In this document: positions 1 through 10,384 of the stretch, one piece after another
How positions within the stretch are numbered: position 1 is the first letter of the stretch
Layout: every line of letters starts with the position of its first letter
From: a virus
Virus record (IMG/VR): IMGVR_UViG_3300030099_005362
Length of the DNA: 64,000 nt
Reading direction: 5' to 3' (one strand)
Position numbers and translations under genes: made by a program
Notes under the pieces: model-generated
The model's database searches: none
What the model saw: the letters and a program-made list of their open reading frames with translations, nothing else
What the model was told of the DNA's origin: nothing

Positions 1-302
1 ACCTCTATGTAGCCACGCTTTGCAATCCTAGACAGCTCTGTTAAAAATTTATCTAGATCATGCATGTGTTCGGCTATATGACTAGCTATGACAAAATCGA
101 ACTGCTTATCATCAAAAGGGGTATTAGCCGCGTCCGACTGAACAAAACGTTTTTCTGGATATAGATCCGTGTGATCGACTATATCAGAAAGAGTTTGTGC
201 CTCTTCCCAAGCAAACCGACCACATCCCAAATCTAATATTTGCCATGTGCTGTTGTCTCTCAGCACTTGAAGTATATGGCTCTTGTGAGTTCTTTTAATC
301 AT
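1..302 (-). CDS. Class I SAM-dependent methyltransferase (runs off window start; not in ORF track)
   Basis: Manual translation from ATG at 302: MIKRTHK...ILDLGCG...PFDDKQFDFVIASHIAEH..., giving motif I DLGCG and a Methyltransf_11-type PFxDxxFD/EH; ATGA overlap with the 299..778 stop. Confidence 0.85.
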   Translation of the reverse strand, partial: MIKRTHKSHILQVLRDNSTWQILDLGCGRFAWEEAQTLSDIVDHTDLYPEKRFVQSDAANTPFDDKQFDFVIASHIAEHMHDLDKFLTELSRIAKRGYIE

Positions 303-778
303 ATCTTCTTTAAGTCACTGATAGCGATATTGTAACAGTCCGCTTTAACTCTAAAGTTATTATCGCCGTCAATCTGCCCCTTCTTCAGAAACTTAGCATC
401 TTCAAAATATTTGTGCTTATAGTATTGTCCAAGCACCCAAGCCCTTTTCCAGCGACCGTTGATATTTTCTAGTCTGACAAATACATATATATCACAGTCC
501 TGCTTTTTTTGTAAAGAGGCGATGGAACACTCGTAATAATCTTTTGGTTTGCTAGTGCATCTCTTGGTTTTGACATCGTACCTAATTCCATCTTTTACTA
601 TATCATAGCTGTAAGTGTTGGTTATGTCACCTTTTATTATTTCATTAGCAACTTGTTCACCCAAAAAACCCGCAATGTTCCCCTCGCCCTTTGTTATTGA
701 GTTGTTTATCTCTCCCATTTCACGAGCCTTTCTCCAAGCTCGCTGTTTCATGTCTTGTGTTATTTCTACTTCAATCAT
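299..778 (-). CDS. PD-(D/E)XK-like nuclease/hypothetical phage protein
   Basis: GE...YD...DVKTK pattern. Confidence 0.5.
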   Translation of the reverse strand: MIEVEITQDMKQRAWRKAREMGEINNSITKGEGNIAGFLGEQVANEIIKGDITNTYSYDIVKDGIRYDVKTKRCTSKPKDYYECSIASLQKKQDCDIYVFVRLENINGRWKRAWVLGQYYKHKYFEDAKFLKKGQIDGDNNFRVKADCYNIAISDLKKI

Positions 779-1469
779 CTCTGCTCCACAGTATAATTCT
801 TCCTTTTTTATCCTTCTTTGCCTTCTCAGTAATAGTAATAGGTATCAATGATCCTGTTTGATTATGCTGTTTCCAATGTGACACATCTAAATCTAAATCT
901 TCTGAGAAAAAGTCTTTAATTTTAGTAGCATCATCTTCTTCTATGTTGAAGACAAGTAAATCATTCGGCCTGTCCTTAAAGTATTCTAGCACATTACTGA
1001 TATGAGCATTCCACTGATTTTCCCATAAAGTCAATACTTCTTCTTCGGTCATTTTCATATGATGCATGTATGAACCGAGATAGGTTCTTCCACTACCAAA
1101 CACATGGCTTTGCCTACTTTTAATCCATTTAATTAGATTTCTACGATTTAATATGAACTTGGAATTTGGATATTGTTTGTCAAGTTCTGTGAAGTAATTT
1201 ATATACGCATGAACACAGGGAAAGTAATCGTCCGAGTCGTCATCAAATCCGTCTAAATGAGACTCCATATCTGAATAGAAATCAAAGTTTTCCATACCCT
1301 CAAGAAGAGGGCGGTCATTTTCATAGTTTCTTTTCATTTCAAGTGCGACATACTTGTGGGCACTTTCATGCCACCATCTCCAATGAACAGATGCAATGCC
1401 ATTACCTTTGAAGAAATGGTATAAGCTTGATGTACCACACTTGTTGAATCCTATTTGAAAAATCTTCAT
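771..1469 (-). CDS. Sulfotransferase family protein
   Basis: IGFNKCGTSSL PAPS-binding loop; YPNSKFIL.RR...WIKS. Confidence 0.8.
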   Translation of the reverse strand: MKIFQIGFNKCGTSSLYHFFKGNGIASVHWRWWHESAHKYVALEMKRNYENDRPLLEGMENFDFYSDMESHLDGFDDDSDDYFPCVHAYINYFTELDKQYPNSKFILNRRNLIKWIKSRQSHVFGSGRTYLGSYMHHMKMTEEEVLTLWENQWNAHISNVLEYFKDRPNDLLVFNIEEDDATKIKDFFSEDLDLDVSHWKQHNQTGSLIPITITEKAKKDKKGRIILWSRDD

Positions 1470-1654
1470 TGCTGCGTTCCTGCCGCTCGCTTTATGTCGC
1501 TGCCTATGGCACTAAGACCTAAAAACAATCCAGCCACTAAGAACCAAGTCCAAGCGTCTTTATCTTCTAAAGCTAACCATGTAGAAGACGCTATACATAG
1601 TGAACATATAATGTAACCCATATTAAAATTATCCCGGAGCTTCGTAGTATCCAA
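1466..1654 (-). CDS. Small two-TM membrane protein
   Basis: Two hydrophobic segments; overlaps neighbouring genes in operon fashion. Confidence 0.55.
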   Translation of the reverse strand: MDTTKLRDNFNMGYIICSLCIASSTWLALEDKDAWTWFLVAGLFLGLSAIGSDIKRAAGTQQ

Positions 1655-2651
1655 TGTTATGTCCTTCTCTTGTACAGTTATCTATAGTTTCCTGCTCTCC
1701 AAATGCCTTAAGATGTTCCTCTACGTGCTCACACATAGAAATATTAGTTCCCGGCCAGTTGTTCTTGTAGAAATGGCAGAGCTTAGTGCATTTGAAGCTG
1801 GTTCTGTTTCTAGAACAGGGTTGTGGAAAATCGTTTCTCTGTATCTGCTTAAATCTTTTTTCAAGCATACCCAGAAACTTCTCCTGATCAGACTTGTCAA
1901 AACACATGCTAAAAGGTCCACCGTCTCTTATATAAAATATCGTCATTATCGCCTGAGTATATTCAGGGTAAAGTTGCGATATAGCATAATTATACAGTAA
2001 CAATTGCGGATCGTCAAGTAGTTTCTCGTAAGTTTTTTCTTCCCCAGTGGCCCAGTTCAGTCTTCTTCCGGTTTTCCAGTCAACAACCTCAATCGTATCA
2101 TCCGCAACCTTAGTAACAAGGTCAATAGTTCCCTTGATCGCAAGTTGCCCTTCTACCTCTTCACCGTTAGGCATCTTGTACTTAAACTTTGCCCAAGGCT
2201 CGTCGATAGCTATGTCGAACTGTGGCTCAGCGTCTACGATGTCCCTTTTTCTTGGATCAAACTGGCCATCATTGTAAGTTAAGGCTGTTTCAACCTGTGT
2301 TCTACAAAACTTTACATCCGCACCAGTATATTTATGAACACACGTAGATGTATAGTGCTCATAGCTTTTGTCTAGTATCCTAGAGACAAACGTTTTTGTG
2401 AACAGGCTTCTAGGAGTAAAGTTGACTTTGCCAATCGCATCGTCTTTTATATATAGACTTTTTTTGTCTGGGCTTTCTTGTAGTTTCTTTTTACATGAAG
2501 ACAGAACTTCCATAACTTTATGTACTATAGTACCAAGCTGTGCCTTCTTGCCAGATGTCGATCTGTGCCCTAAAACATAAGTTATGAAATATTGCATTTG
2601 ACAATAGTCATAGTTATTATATGATGAGCTTCTTATGTAGGTTACAATCAT
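1629..2651 (-). CDS. Cas4/RecB-like PD-(D/E)XK exonuclease, probable Fe-S staple
   Basis: GTIVH, KGTIDLV..VVDWKTG, QLLLY; one N-terminal Cys plus a C-terminal Cys cluster. Confidence 0.85.
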   Translation of the reverse strand: MIVTYIRSSSYNNYDYCQMQYFITYVLGHRSTSGKKAQLGTIVHKVMEVLSSCKKKLQESPDKKSLYIKDDAIGKVNFTPRSLFTKTFVSRILDKSYEHYTSTCVHKYTGADVKFCRTQVETALTYNDGQFDPRKRDIVDAEPQFDIAIDEPWAKFKYKMPNGEEVEGQLAIKGTIDLVTKVADDTIEVVDWKTGRRLNWATGEEKTYEKLLDDPQLLLYNYAISQLYPEYTQAIMTIFYIRDGGPFSMCFDKSDQEKFLGMLEKRFKQIQRNDFPQPCSRNRTSFKCTKLCHFYKNNWPGTNISMCEHVEEHLKAFGEQETIDNCTREGHNIGYYEAPG

Positions 2652-3535
2652 TCTCCAGTAACCTCTTTGATGGTATGAATACCCCCAACAAGCTGTGGCT
2701 CTGGTTCAGAAACAGGTTCTCCGCTTTGAACGTGTTTAGCAAGTTTCTCATTTGGCTGTTGCAGTGTTGTTTCTTTGCCTAGCCATCCCCAGTCGCCTAG
2801 AACTCGTATTAACTCTTTGCACGACTCATGTATTGTCATGCCTTCGTTGTCTATTACGGCATCAAAATTATCCCACTCGGACAATGCCGACTCGCTTGCG
2901 TGGCTGTCTTGGTGTGGAGACCTAGTAAGTCTGATGACTTTTCCGCCTGCTCTTTGTATAGCGTCGGCCTCGTTCGGGAATCGGCAGTCATCCACAATAG
3001 ATAATAGAGGATTTTCAAATTTTATATCTGCTATACATCTATCAACCCAGATGTTGTCATATATCTTTCTACAAACATCTGTGCCAAAGTACTGAAGAAA
3101 CTCCCTTGCTGTCATTTTCTTGTTTCTTTTCTTTTTATTATTGATCTTTAGAGGCAAGTCTCCCCATTTAATGTTGGTAAGAGTGTTCTTTTGGCTGTCT
3201 GTTCCATAGCACTGCTCATGAGAAAGACCAAATAGACCGGTGGCTATCTCCTTTAGTGGTGCAGCAAAGGAGTACTTTTTGACATATGGCCACATACTAT
3301 ATATTGCCCACTCTGAAAATTGCAGATCAGTTCTAGATACGTCTAGTACAGCGTTGCCCTTTTCTTCTCTTCCTTGTTCGTCGATTATGTTTGTTGTTAC
3401 AACCAAGTCGCCGTCAGCAATCTGGAAATCTTCCACGATTCCGTGGCAAGCCATTTGATAACCATGAAGAAAATTAGAACAGGTTGTTTTTCCAGACTGC
3501 TTAGTTCCAGAAAAAGCCAGAATTCTACCTTGCAT
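2648..3535 (-). CDS. Deoxynucleoside monophosphate kinase
   Basis: GTKQSGKTT P-loop, FAAPLK, REFLQYFGTD, DDCRFPNE, HASE. Confidence 0.85.
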   Translation of the reverse strand: MQGRILAFSGTKQSGKTTCSNFLHGYQMACHGIVEDFQIADGDLVVTTNIIDEQGREEKGNAVLDVSRTDLQFSEWAIYSMWPYVKKYSFAAPLKEIATGLFGLSHEQCYGTDSQKNTLTNIKWGDLPLKINNKKKRNKKMTAREFLQYFGTDVCRKIYDNIWVDRCIADIKFENPLLSIVDDCRFPNEADAIQRAGGKVIRLTRSPHQDSHASESALSEWDNFDAVIDNEGMTIHESCKELIRVLGDWGWLGKETTLQQPNEKLAKHVQSGEPVSEPEPQLVGGIHTIKEVTGE

Positions 3536-4568
3536 TATTTGTTCCTTTCAACTGGGGATATAATTGTTCTTTTATTTGTTCGATTGTCATGTCGCCAACA
3601 TCCTTTTCGGATATGCTGGGACGGTAATAATTAAATCTTCTTCCGCACTTTTTAAGTATCTGCGAATAGGCCTTGTCTCCGGCCTCATCTGAATCCGTGA
3701 GTATCACTAAATTTAATGCACCACTAGATTCAAGCAATATCAGTTGGTCTTCATTTATACTAGATCCAAAAATTCCAACTGCATTTTTAAGACCGGCCTC
3801 ATGTAGCCTCCAAACATCTCCCTGCCCCTCAACAAGAATGGCAGTGCGTGTTTTCAATATTTCTTCTTTTGCTATGTTTAAACCATATAGGACTGACTTT
3901 CTAAAGCCCTTGCTGTGCAGCCACTTTGGCTTCATGTCGTCATTGGTGGATCTACCCACGCATCCTATATAATTATAGCCCTCATCGTAGATTGGGACAA
4001 CAACTCTTCCCGACATTGGCTGATTTTTTGCCGAGCATAATCCAACATCGAAGGAATCTAGGGTTTCTGGGCTGTAGCCTCTACCTATATAGTATTGTGC
4101 TGGTATTTGAATTTTCGATCTTATTTCTTCTCTACTTATTACGGGATCGTTTCTCTGTATCTTTCTATTGAATACATCAATAACCTTGAATGTATTTTTT
4201 TGAGTGCTTTCTAAATCTAGATCGTCTATATCTTTCTTTAAGAAATTAGCACAGAAAGATGCTGTTTCATTCATGGAGACAGACTTGTTTCTTTTCTGAG
4301 AAAGACACCCCCTAACAAACCCAAAAAGATTATTTGCATACTCTTCTTCGCAGTGCTGTGTCCAACATGCCCAGTTTCCCTTTTGCGTCATGCCGTCTGT
4401 GAAGATACAGCACCCTTCTGGGTTGTCACCGCCATGAACAGGACAAGCAAACGCTACTCTGTTGGGATACTCTACATATTCTATGTCGAAATAGGTCAAT
4501 AAAGCATCAAGCCTCAGAAACATTTCGTTAGAAAGTGCTGATATCTGATTGTTCGTTAATGTCCTCAT
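3525..4568 (-). CDS. dnaG: DNA primase (Zn finger + Toprim); start moved to MRTLTNN
   Basis: CPVH...CWTQHC Zn finger, GRVVVPI..GR, LVEGQGD, DSDEAG. Confidence 0.9.
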   Translation of the reverse strand: MRTLTNNQISALSNEMFLRLDALLTYFDIEYVEYPNRVAFACPVHGGDNPEGCCIFTDGMTQKGNWACWTQHCEEEYANNLFGFVRGCLSQKRNKSVSMNETASFCANFLKKDIDDLDLESTQKNTFKVIDVFNRKIQRNDPVISREEIRSKIQIPAQYYIGRGYSPETLDSFDVGLCSAKNQPMSGRVVVPIYDEGYNYIGCVGRSTNDDMKPKWLHSKGFRKSVLYGLNIAKEEILKTRTAILVEGQGDVWRLHEAGLKNAVGIFGSSINEDQLILLESSGALNLVILTDSDEAGDKAYSQILKKCGRRFNYYRPSISEKDVGDMTIEQIKEQLYPQLKGTNNAR

Positions 4569-6003
4569 CCGTCTCGAATCCCTCTTCTCTGGTTCTTGAG
4601 TTCTCATGTATCTCGTTTCTAGTATCACCCTCTTCAATTCTACCAAATCTCCCATGCATCTTCATAGACACATAGTCTCCGTCGTCTAGACCTTCTCCAT
4701 GTCTAGCAACGACTGGAACAAGTTTTCTGTTGCCATTGTCTATTCCGTCTGTGGCCACCTCCTCGTCAGATTTCAGCTTAAATATAGAGAAGCTAGTACA
4801 TAACCAGATTAGCCTGTCAGAACCAGAAACAACATCTGTAGATTCTTTTGTTATACCGTCCCTATTTAACTGCACAAAGGCTAAGCATGGCACATCATAC
4901 TTCACCACAAAGTTGTGTAGCTTCGTGATCTGAAAACCTAAAACCTGATACTCCTGCATCGAGGCACTAATTCCCTCTGAGCCCATCAGCTTAAGATAGT
5001 CATAGACCACTAGGCAGTCCTTTGTTTGTCCGTTTTCATCAAATCCAACATGCTGATAGATCCACTTTCTCATCTGGCTGAGTATGTTCTCAAAAGACTC
5101 GCCAGCAATGCTGATATAGTGATATGGAATATCTTTTAACTTTTCGGCAGCGGCGAATACCTTTTCTTTTTCTATTTCGTTTTCAGAAAACCTACCTGTA
5201 GATATCTTATTAATTTCTACTCCTGACATATTTGCCAAGATTCGATTGTAGTGATCTTCTTTAGACATTTCTGTATCTAGCATCAATACGGGAATATCTA
5301 GTTCGCCCGCCACATGCATTGCTACGGCATCGCCAAACATAGACTTACCAACCTTTGGTCTAGCGGCCACTAGGTCAACACACTTTCTCCGTAGTCCACC
5401 ACCAATGGCCACGTCAAACCTTGAGAACCCACTTGGTATACCCACAAAATCAGACACGTTTTCGCTAAGATATTCTACGTAGTCTTCTACGCCCTCTCCT
5501 AGTATCTCTGTCTTTTTTCTAGATGATTGGTATATGTCGCCCGTCGCTTCTAGTAGCGGCTCTTCTATTTTAGCCACGAGATCCATTACGTCTTCATCGC
5601 CCGTAATTGAATCTAGGTCGCTTTCACACGCCTTTAGTGTCTTCTTAAGATCTCTGGCTAGTTTAAGCTTTGCTATTTTGGCGGCATGACTAGCAACATT
5701 CTCTTTATGTATTGGAAAGTTAAAAAGAGATCGTATAAAACCAATCTCGTCTTTGTTGTTTATTTGATCATGCACACCAAGATCATTCGCAGAAGACAAT
5801 ATAGAGGAAAGCTCTACTTGCGTGTTCTCCGATATAGATCTATATATACAGTCAAATATCAACTGATTCATTGGATCAGTAAAAGACTGCGAGCTTATAA
5901 AATCAACTTCTAGATACGCATCTAGTCCATATTGACATAGTGCTGCCAAAACGGCTCTTTCTGCGGCTAGATCTTCTAGTTTTCTGGTTATCTTCTTAGG
6001 CAT
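4528..6003 (-). CDS. dnaB: Replicative helicase, DnaB family
   Basis: AERAVLA N-terminus, AARPKVGKS Walker A, EMS, VYDYL, VQLNR. Confidence 0.93.
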   Translation of the reverse strand: MPKKITRKLEDLAAERAVLAALCQYGLDAYLEVDFISSQSFTDPMNQLIFDCIYRSISENTQVELSSILSSANDLGVHDQINNKDEIGFIRSLFNFPIHKENVASHAAKIAKLKLARDLKKTLKACESDLDSITGDEDVMDLVAKIEEPLLEATGDIYQSSRKKTEILGEGVEDYVEYLSENVSDFVGIPSGFSRFDVAIGGGLRRKCVDLVAARPKVGKSMFGDAVAMHVAGELDIPVLMLDTEMSKEDHYNRILANMSGVEINKISTGRFSENEIEKEKVFAAAEKLKDIPYHYISIAGESFENILSQMRKWIYQHVGFDENGQTKDCLVVYDYLKLMGSEGISASMQEYQVLGFQITKLHNFVVKYDVPCLAFVQLNRDGITKESTDVVSGSDRLIWLCTSFSIFKLKSDEEVATDGIDNGNRKLVPVVARHGEGLDDGDYVSMKMHGRFGRIEEGDTRNEIHENSRTREEGFETDEDINEQSDISTF

Positions 6004-6398
6004 TTGTCGCAAACGTAAAATTCTCTTTGATGCTGAGGATGTGTTGAAAAAGTCTTATTGCATCTAGTGCAAAGCTGTTCAATCTTTTGAAACGGTCTTC
6101 TTTTTCTTTCGGTTAGCTGAACCTCTGGTGTAACATCGTCAGTGTGTTCAGAACCGTCATCCTTAAACTTGTTAAATCTAGGCATGTCCGTTACCGGCAC
6201 GCCTGTAATCTGTCCTTGTGTCTTTCTTTTCTTGATCTCTGTCATGCCTTCGGGTAGGCTAGACGCCCTAGTCGCTGGCTTTTCTTCTGGCGACGGAGGA
6301 TCAGACTTGACGTTGGAGTTCAGTATTTGTTGAATAAGCTCTTGCTTCTGTTCTTGCGAAAGAGAATCAAGAAGTTTTTTCACAACTTCGTCACTCAT
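5988..6398 (-). CDS. Hypothetical protein with C-terminal Zn ribbon
   Basis: CTRC...CDKC. Confidence 0.6.
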   Translation of the reverse strand: MSDEVVKKLLDSLSQEQKQELIQQILNSNVKSDPPSPEEKPATRASSLPEGMTEIKKRKTQGQITGVPVTDMPRFNKFKDDGSEHTDDVTPEVQLTERKRRPFQKIEQLCTRCNKTFSTHPQHQREFYVCDKCLRR

Positions 6399-6399
6399 G

Positions 6400-6873
6400 C
6401 TATCTCCTTTTTGATAAATTGTTTAATATTTGGGCCATACTCTGTATTCTATCTGCCTTGCCACTTAGCATCTTTACCCTTGCGTCGGCGTGGTTTTTTA
6501 CTTTTAGTATTTGCGATGCTAGCGGGTTTTCTTTAATTGCCGAATAGTATTTTTCTTGCCACTTAGTATATTGTGTCCCATAGTTCTGCATCACTGTAGA
6601 TATTATATACCAAATACTGGAATCTGCCCATTCTAAAATTGCATTTTCTTTTGTTCTTAGCGTCTCTATATACTCAGCGTAAGCGTATAGCTCATAAGCA
6701 TAAAACGCACAGTCACTGTTTGATAAGGAGCTAAGGTCTTGTCTTCTGAAATTTAACGCTTCTGGAACCTCTTTTCTAGGCTCACTGCTATGTACATATT
6801 TAGAGTTAACCCAAGAGTCTATAGCCTCTACAAACTCAACTAACTTTTCTTCTCCAGTCATCCCAGTCCTCAT
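6400..6873 (-). CDS. Hypothetical helical protein (possible recombination mediator, by context)
   Basis: All-helical/coiled-coil character; lies between recA and dnaB. Confidence 0.5.
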   Translation of the reverse strand: MRTGMTGEEKLVEFVEAIDSWVNSKYVHSSEPRKEVPEALNFRRQDLSSLSNSDCAFYAYELYAYAEYIETLRTKENAILEWADSSIWYIISTVMQNYGTQYTKWQEKYYSAIKENPLASQILKVKNHADARVKMLSGKADRIQSMAQILNNLSKRR

Positions 6874-7243
6874 CGTAATTGAATTCTACTAATTTTATAT
6901 CGTTTAACTCGCACCATTCTTTTTTATCTCGATCTCTAGCTTGAGCCTTAAAAAATGACAACTTGTCTTTGAAGAAAAACTTATTAAATTTAAAGTGCTG
7001 CTCGCCATGAACTTCAACCATTAGGTTTCTATTCGGTATAAAAAAATCAGCACGAAGAGTGCCTTTTCTGATACCGTTGTTAGTTCCTACTAGCGAAACT
7101 TCTTCTAGTATTCTATCATACGGAAAGAGAATGTCAAGTAGCTCCTTCGCATTTTTATGTAAATTTGATCTTTTAGAAGATGAAGACTCTTTGCTAGAGG
7201 GGTTCCATTTGTATTCTTTTCCATCAAGGCCTGTTATTTTCAT
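6836..7243 (-). CDS. Vsr/DUF559-like endonuclease
   Basis: ADFFIP...VEVHGEQH...RDRDKKEWC. Confidence 0.75.
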   Translation of the reverse strand: MKITGLDGKEYKWNPSSKESSSSKRSNLHKNAKELLDILFPYDRILEEVSLVGTNNGIRKGTLRADFFIPNRNLMVEVHGEQHFKFNKFFFKDKLSFFKAQARDRDKKEWCELNDIKLVEFNYDEDWDDWRRKVS

Positions 7244-7506
7244 TTTCTAATGTTCCACTTTTTCTTAGCCTGTGTCCAGTCTTCAGCGTGACCAGAAGAC
7301 GCACCACAATCTTCACATTCGTACCAGCACATACTTACGGTTTTTAGCTCTTCCTGCATCGCCTCTCCTCCGCAGAACGGACAGGGGAGCATCGTGTCTT
7401 CTGTGTACTCCACGACCTGTATGTCGTGTTCTCCACACTTTATGCACCATATAGGCTTGTTATCTACATCGACAACCCTATTACAGCACTTTATTAAATA
7501 CTTCAA
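7240..7506 (-). CDS. Lar-like restriction-alleviation Zn-ribbon protein
   Basis: LPCPFCGGEA...CEDCGAS...AKKKWN. Confidence 0.7.
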   Translation of the reverse strand: MKYLIKCCNRVVDVDNKPIWCIKCGEHDIQVVEYTEDTMLPCPFCGGEAMQEELKTVSMCWYECEDCGASSGHAEDWTQAKKKWNIRK

Positions 7507-7507
7507 G

Positions 7508-8590
7508 TTAAAGCATTTCCTTTATTGATAATTCTAAAAACTCTACTAGATTTGGGTTCTCGGATAAAAACGCATAAAGATTATCTTGGCCCTGAAATTT
7601 AAATGCTTTATTTAGAGCCTCTTCATCCTCTACATTTAGTTCAGGCTTTATTTTTTTCGCCTCTTCTTTGCACAGGCTCATAAACGAGCAACTGAACCAA
7701 GCACCCGACTTGTCTATAAGACCAAGATCGCACGACAACATTAGCACCTCTTGGGTCTTGTCTATCCCGTGTCCATACCTAATGTAACTTTGAACCTGTC
7801 CTCCCGGTGCTCCCATAGAAGAGCAAATAATTTTCCAATTAACAACCTGACCAATTCTGTCGCCTCCAGTGCTAGTCCAAGGCGATACAGCAGAGACCTT
7901 CTCTCCTCCTCCGGCTATCTCCATTCTTGTATCCGCTTGATACTGGATCTTATTACCGCCGTCTGCCAGCTTCGCTTTACCAAACCCTCCTGTGTTTGCA
8001 ATGTAGTGCGTTATGGCAATAATTAATCCGTGTTGGCGAGGTAGTAGCTGTCCTATCTTCTTTGTAAAAATAGACAGTATCTTAGGAAGGCCAGCTCTTC
8101 CGGGACTAAAGTCTCCGTCTAGTTCTTTTTTAGGCATCAAAGATGATATCGAGTCGATAATTAGAACCGCACCGTAATAGTCAGGGTGGCTCATCATTTT
8201 GTATGCAACATCTAAGAAGTCTTCTGCCGGTATAGGTTTATCTTCTGGTGCAACGATGGTCATCTTGCTAGGATCTAGATCCGATACCTCAAAGTTCATG
8301 TCTTTTAGTCGGCCCTCGGCGTCCAAGTAGATAATTGGTCTGCCTTCTTTTTGACAGTTGGATGCTATCTGCATGGCCGTTGTTGTTTTACCCGACTTAG
8401 GGTCGCCTGTTAGTGTAAGCCAGCTACCTTCTCTGATCCCGCCGCCCAGTGCGATGTCTATGGCTGGGCTAACAGATATTGTTTTGAAGTTCTTCTTTTG
8501 CTCAAGAACATCTGTTCCACTACGGATAATCTCCCCGTAGTCTTTGATGATTTTTTTCAGGTATTCAGGAGTCTTTGTTTTTGTTGCCAT
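7508..8590 (-). CDS. recA: RecA/UvsX-like recombinase
   Basis: DIALGGG, GDPKSGKTT, YLDAE, IIDSI, GLIDKSGAWFS. Confidence 0.92.
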   Translation of the reverse strand: MATKTKTPEYLKKIIKDYGEIIRSGTDVLEQKKNFKTISVSPAIDIALGGGIREGSWLTLTGDPKSGKTTTAMQIASNCQKEGRPIIYLDAEGRLKDMNFEVSDLDPSKMTIVAPEDKPIPAEDFLDVAYKMMSHPDYYGAVLIIDSISSLMPKKELDGDFSPGRAGLPKILSIFTKKIGQLLPRQHGLIIAITHYIANTGGFGKAKLADGGNKIQYQADTRMEIAGGGEKVSAVSPWTSTGGDRIGQVVNWKIICSSMGAPGGQVQSYIRYGHGIDKTQEVLMLSCDLGLIDKSGAWFSCSFMSLCKEEAKKIKPELNVEDEEALNKAFKFQGQDNLYAFLSENPNLVEFLELSIKEML

Positions 8591-9050
8591 CTGCTTTCCT
8601 CAATTTCGACATTAAGCTATTGTTTGATTTCTTTTTTCTTGGTTTGTATTCGCCGTCCGGTATGTCTATAACATTTCTTTCTTTGCTGTTTTTTTCATCA
8701 ACTATTTTCTTTGATTCCTTTATCCCATCTTCTACAAAGTTTAGGGCGAGTACAAACTTCTTAGACTTATGCAAAAAACCAAGAGAATATATATTTCTAC
8801 CTCTTGAGCTGTTTAGATAATGTAGTACGGCCTGCTCGCCATATTTCTTAATAAGCTTTGATGCCACTCTAACTTGTGTCTGATATTGTTCGTTCTTAGA
8901 GTTGTTCCAAAATTTATACTCAAGACTGCCGTTGTTTTCTCTCTCGCTTTTTCGTATACATACCATCTCTGCAATGTACTGTGCGGCACTACACGGTTTT
9001 GAGGTTGAGATACTTTTGTACTTTGGGGTTTTTGAGTTTTTCTGATTCAT
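8565..9050 (-). CDS. Hypothetical basic protein
   Basis: ORF tiled within the operon. Confidence 0.6.
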   Translation of the reverse strand: MNQKNSKTPKYKSISTSKPCSAAQYIAEMVCIRKSERENNGSLEYKFWNNSKNEQYQTQVRVASKLIKKYGEQAVLHYLNSSRGRNIYSLGFLHKSKKFVLALNFVEDGIKESKKIVDEKNSKERNVIDIPDGEYKPRKKKSNNSLMSKLRKADGNKNKDS

Positions 9051-9504
9051 TTTTAAAAATCATATTGTCCAAATTTACTTGGGACAATCCTCTTCTTGAT
9101 GACTTCTGTTCAAATTCATTATTTGGCCAAGTGTATTTAGCGACATCTATATAGTCACACGATTCATGCAGTAACGACACTGTTAAAGTTTGAAAAGATT
9201 GAGAGTGTGAGCCGTCCATCATTTGGTTCTTTGCGATGCCCCTCATTATAGAGATGCCATCTAGTCCCGTGCTATCTTCAAAAAAGACCTTGTGCTGAGC
9301 ACCAAACATATAAAGCTCTACCTTGGCTGGCACAACGTCGTTTTTGCGACAATGCTCCTTTAATCTCTCTATGGGGTTTGGATAATTAGGTCTCTCATAA
9401 TCCCCATAGACTTTGACTCCATCTGTCAAGGTTATCTGCCAGCTTATCATCAGCTCCTGATGACAGAGCCTTTCCATATGTCCATCAAAATTTGTACAAA
9501 TCAT
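8989..9504 (-). CDS. Hypothetical protein
   Basis: ORF tiled within the operon; ATGA overlap. Confidence 0.6.
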   Translation of the reverse strand: MICTNFDGHMERLCHQELMISWQITLTDGVKVYGDYERPNYPNPIERLKEHCRKNDVVPAKVELYMFGAQHKVFFEDSTGLDGISIMRGIAKNQMMDGSHSQSFQTLTVSLLHESCDYIDVAKYTWPNNEFEQKSSRRGLSQVNLDNMIFKNESEKLKNPKVQKYLNLKTV

Positions 9505-9707
9505 TTTGCTTCCTCTGTGTGTCTATTATATAGCTCATGATCAACGTAATATTCTCTTACGAGCATATCGACCAATATACTGAATAATTCAGGATCTTCA
9601 ATACAAGACAATTTTTTTTCAGCCGCTCTTATGGCCGCCTCACGAAGAACCGTGGTTCCTCTGTGGGCATCGCCATATTGTCTTTTAGTGTAGTCTCGGC
9701 TTCTCAA
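9501..9707 (-). CDS. Hypothetical protein
   Basis: 4-bp overlaps on both sides. Confidence 0.55.
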   Translation of the reverse strand: MRSRDYTKRQYGDAHRGTTVLREAAIRAAEKKLSCIEDPELFSILVDMLVREYYVDHELYNRHTEEAK

Positions 9708-10039
9708 TCTTTGATCTTATGAATGAACTGTCTATATCTAGCGGGCGTCTGCGGCTCTCTACCTTGCTTAGATTCATCAGACGCCATTGAGGCTGACTCG
9801 GTCATAACCGTAACTCCCCTCTCTTCGTTTCTAGCGAATAGGTCTCCAGCCTTGTGTTCTGCTGGCTCCTGTGTGGCCTGCTCTTCTTTGTTTTCAGCAG
9901 CTAGGCTGTCGGCAAACTTTTTAACAATCGGCTTGGATCTGTCCATTTTTTCTGCTAGGGACGATAGGTCGCCATCAAATCTAGACAGATTTTTAGTTAT
10001 ATATTCTTTTTCTTTGTTTGAAAGTGGTCCTTTTTTCAT
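9704..10039 (-). CDS. Hypothetical protein, possible N-terminal HTH
   Basis: LSNKEKEYI...LAEKMDRSKPIV; GGAG RBS. Confidence 0.6.
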   Translation of the reverse strand: MKKGPLSNKEKEYITKNLSRFDGDLSSLAEKMDRSKPIVKKFADSLAAENKEEQATQEPAEHKAGDLFARNEERGVTVMTESASMASDESKQGREPQTPARYRQFIHKIKD

Positions 10040-10042
10040 TTT

Positions 10043-10384
10043 CTACTCCGTGATAGATCTTCTAGCTCTAGTGAAATACATTCTGTTTTTTGTCTTTAGA
10101 TACTTTATATAGTTATTGAAAGACGACTCAGGTATCTTTTTGTATTTATAAAAAGACCTGTTCGCTCTCGTATCAACCCCGTGAGGATCTAATATCTCTC
10201 CTCGTCCATAAAGAACAAATCTTTGAATAGACACCGTTTCATAATCAAGATTCGTGGCCACCACCTTGGCTACCGCGTTTTTCTCTTTGGTCTCGTTGCC
10301 TCTTGTGTCGTAAAATTTTATATCTACCTTTGCTGGCTTTGGTATATCCAAGCCGGAAAGATCTTCTTTATCACCCCTTGTCAT
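10043..10384 (-). CDS. Hypothetical protein
   Basis: ORF tiled within the operon, GGAG RBS. Confidence 0.6.
   Translation of the reverse strand: MTRGDKEDLSGLDIPKPAKVDIKFYDTRGNETKEKNAVAKVVATNLDYETVSIQRFVLYGRGEILDPHGVDTRANRSFYKYKKIPESSFNNYIKYLKTKNRMYFTRARRSITE

Noticed and set aside
1629-2651. Cas4-like nuclease as sign of a CRISPR system
   Set aside because: No repeat-spacer array or other cas genes; it lies in the replication module, as is typical for phage exonucleases
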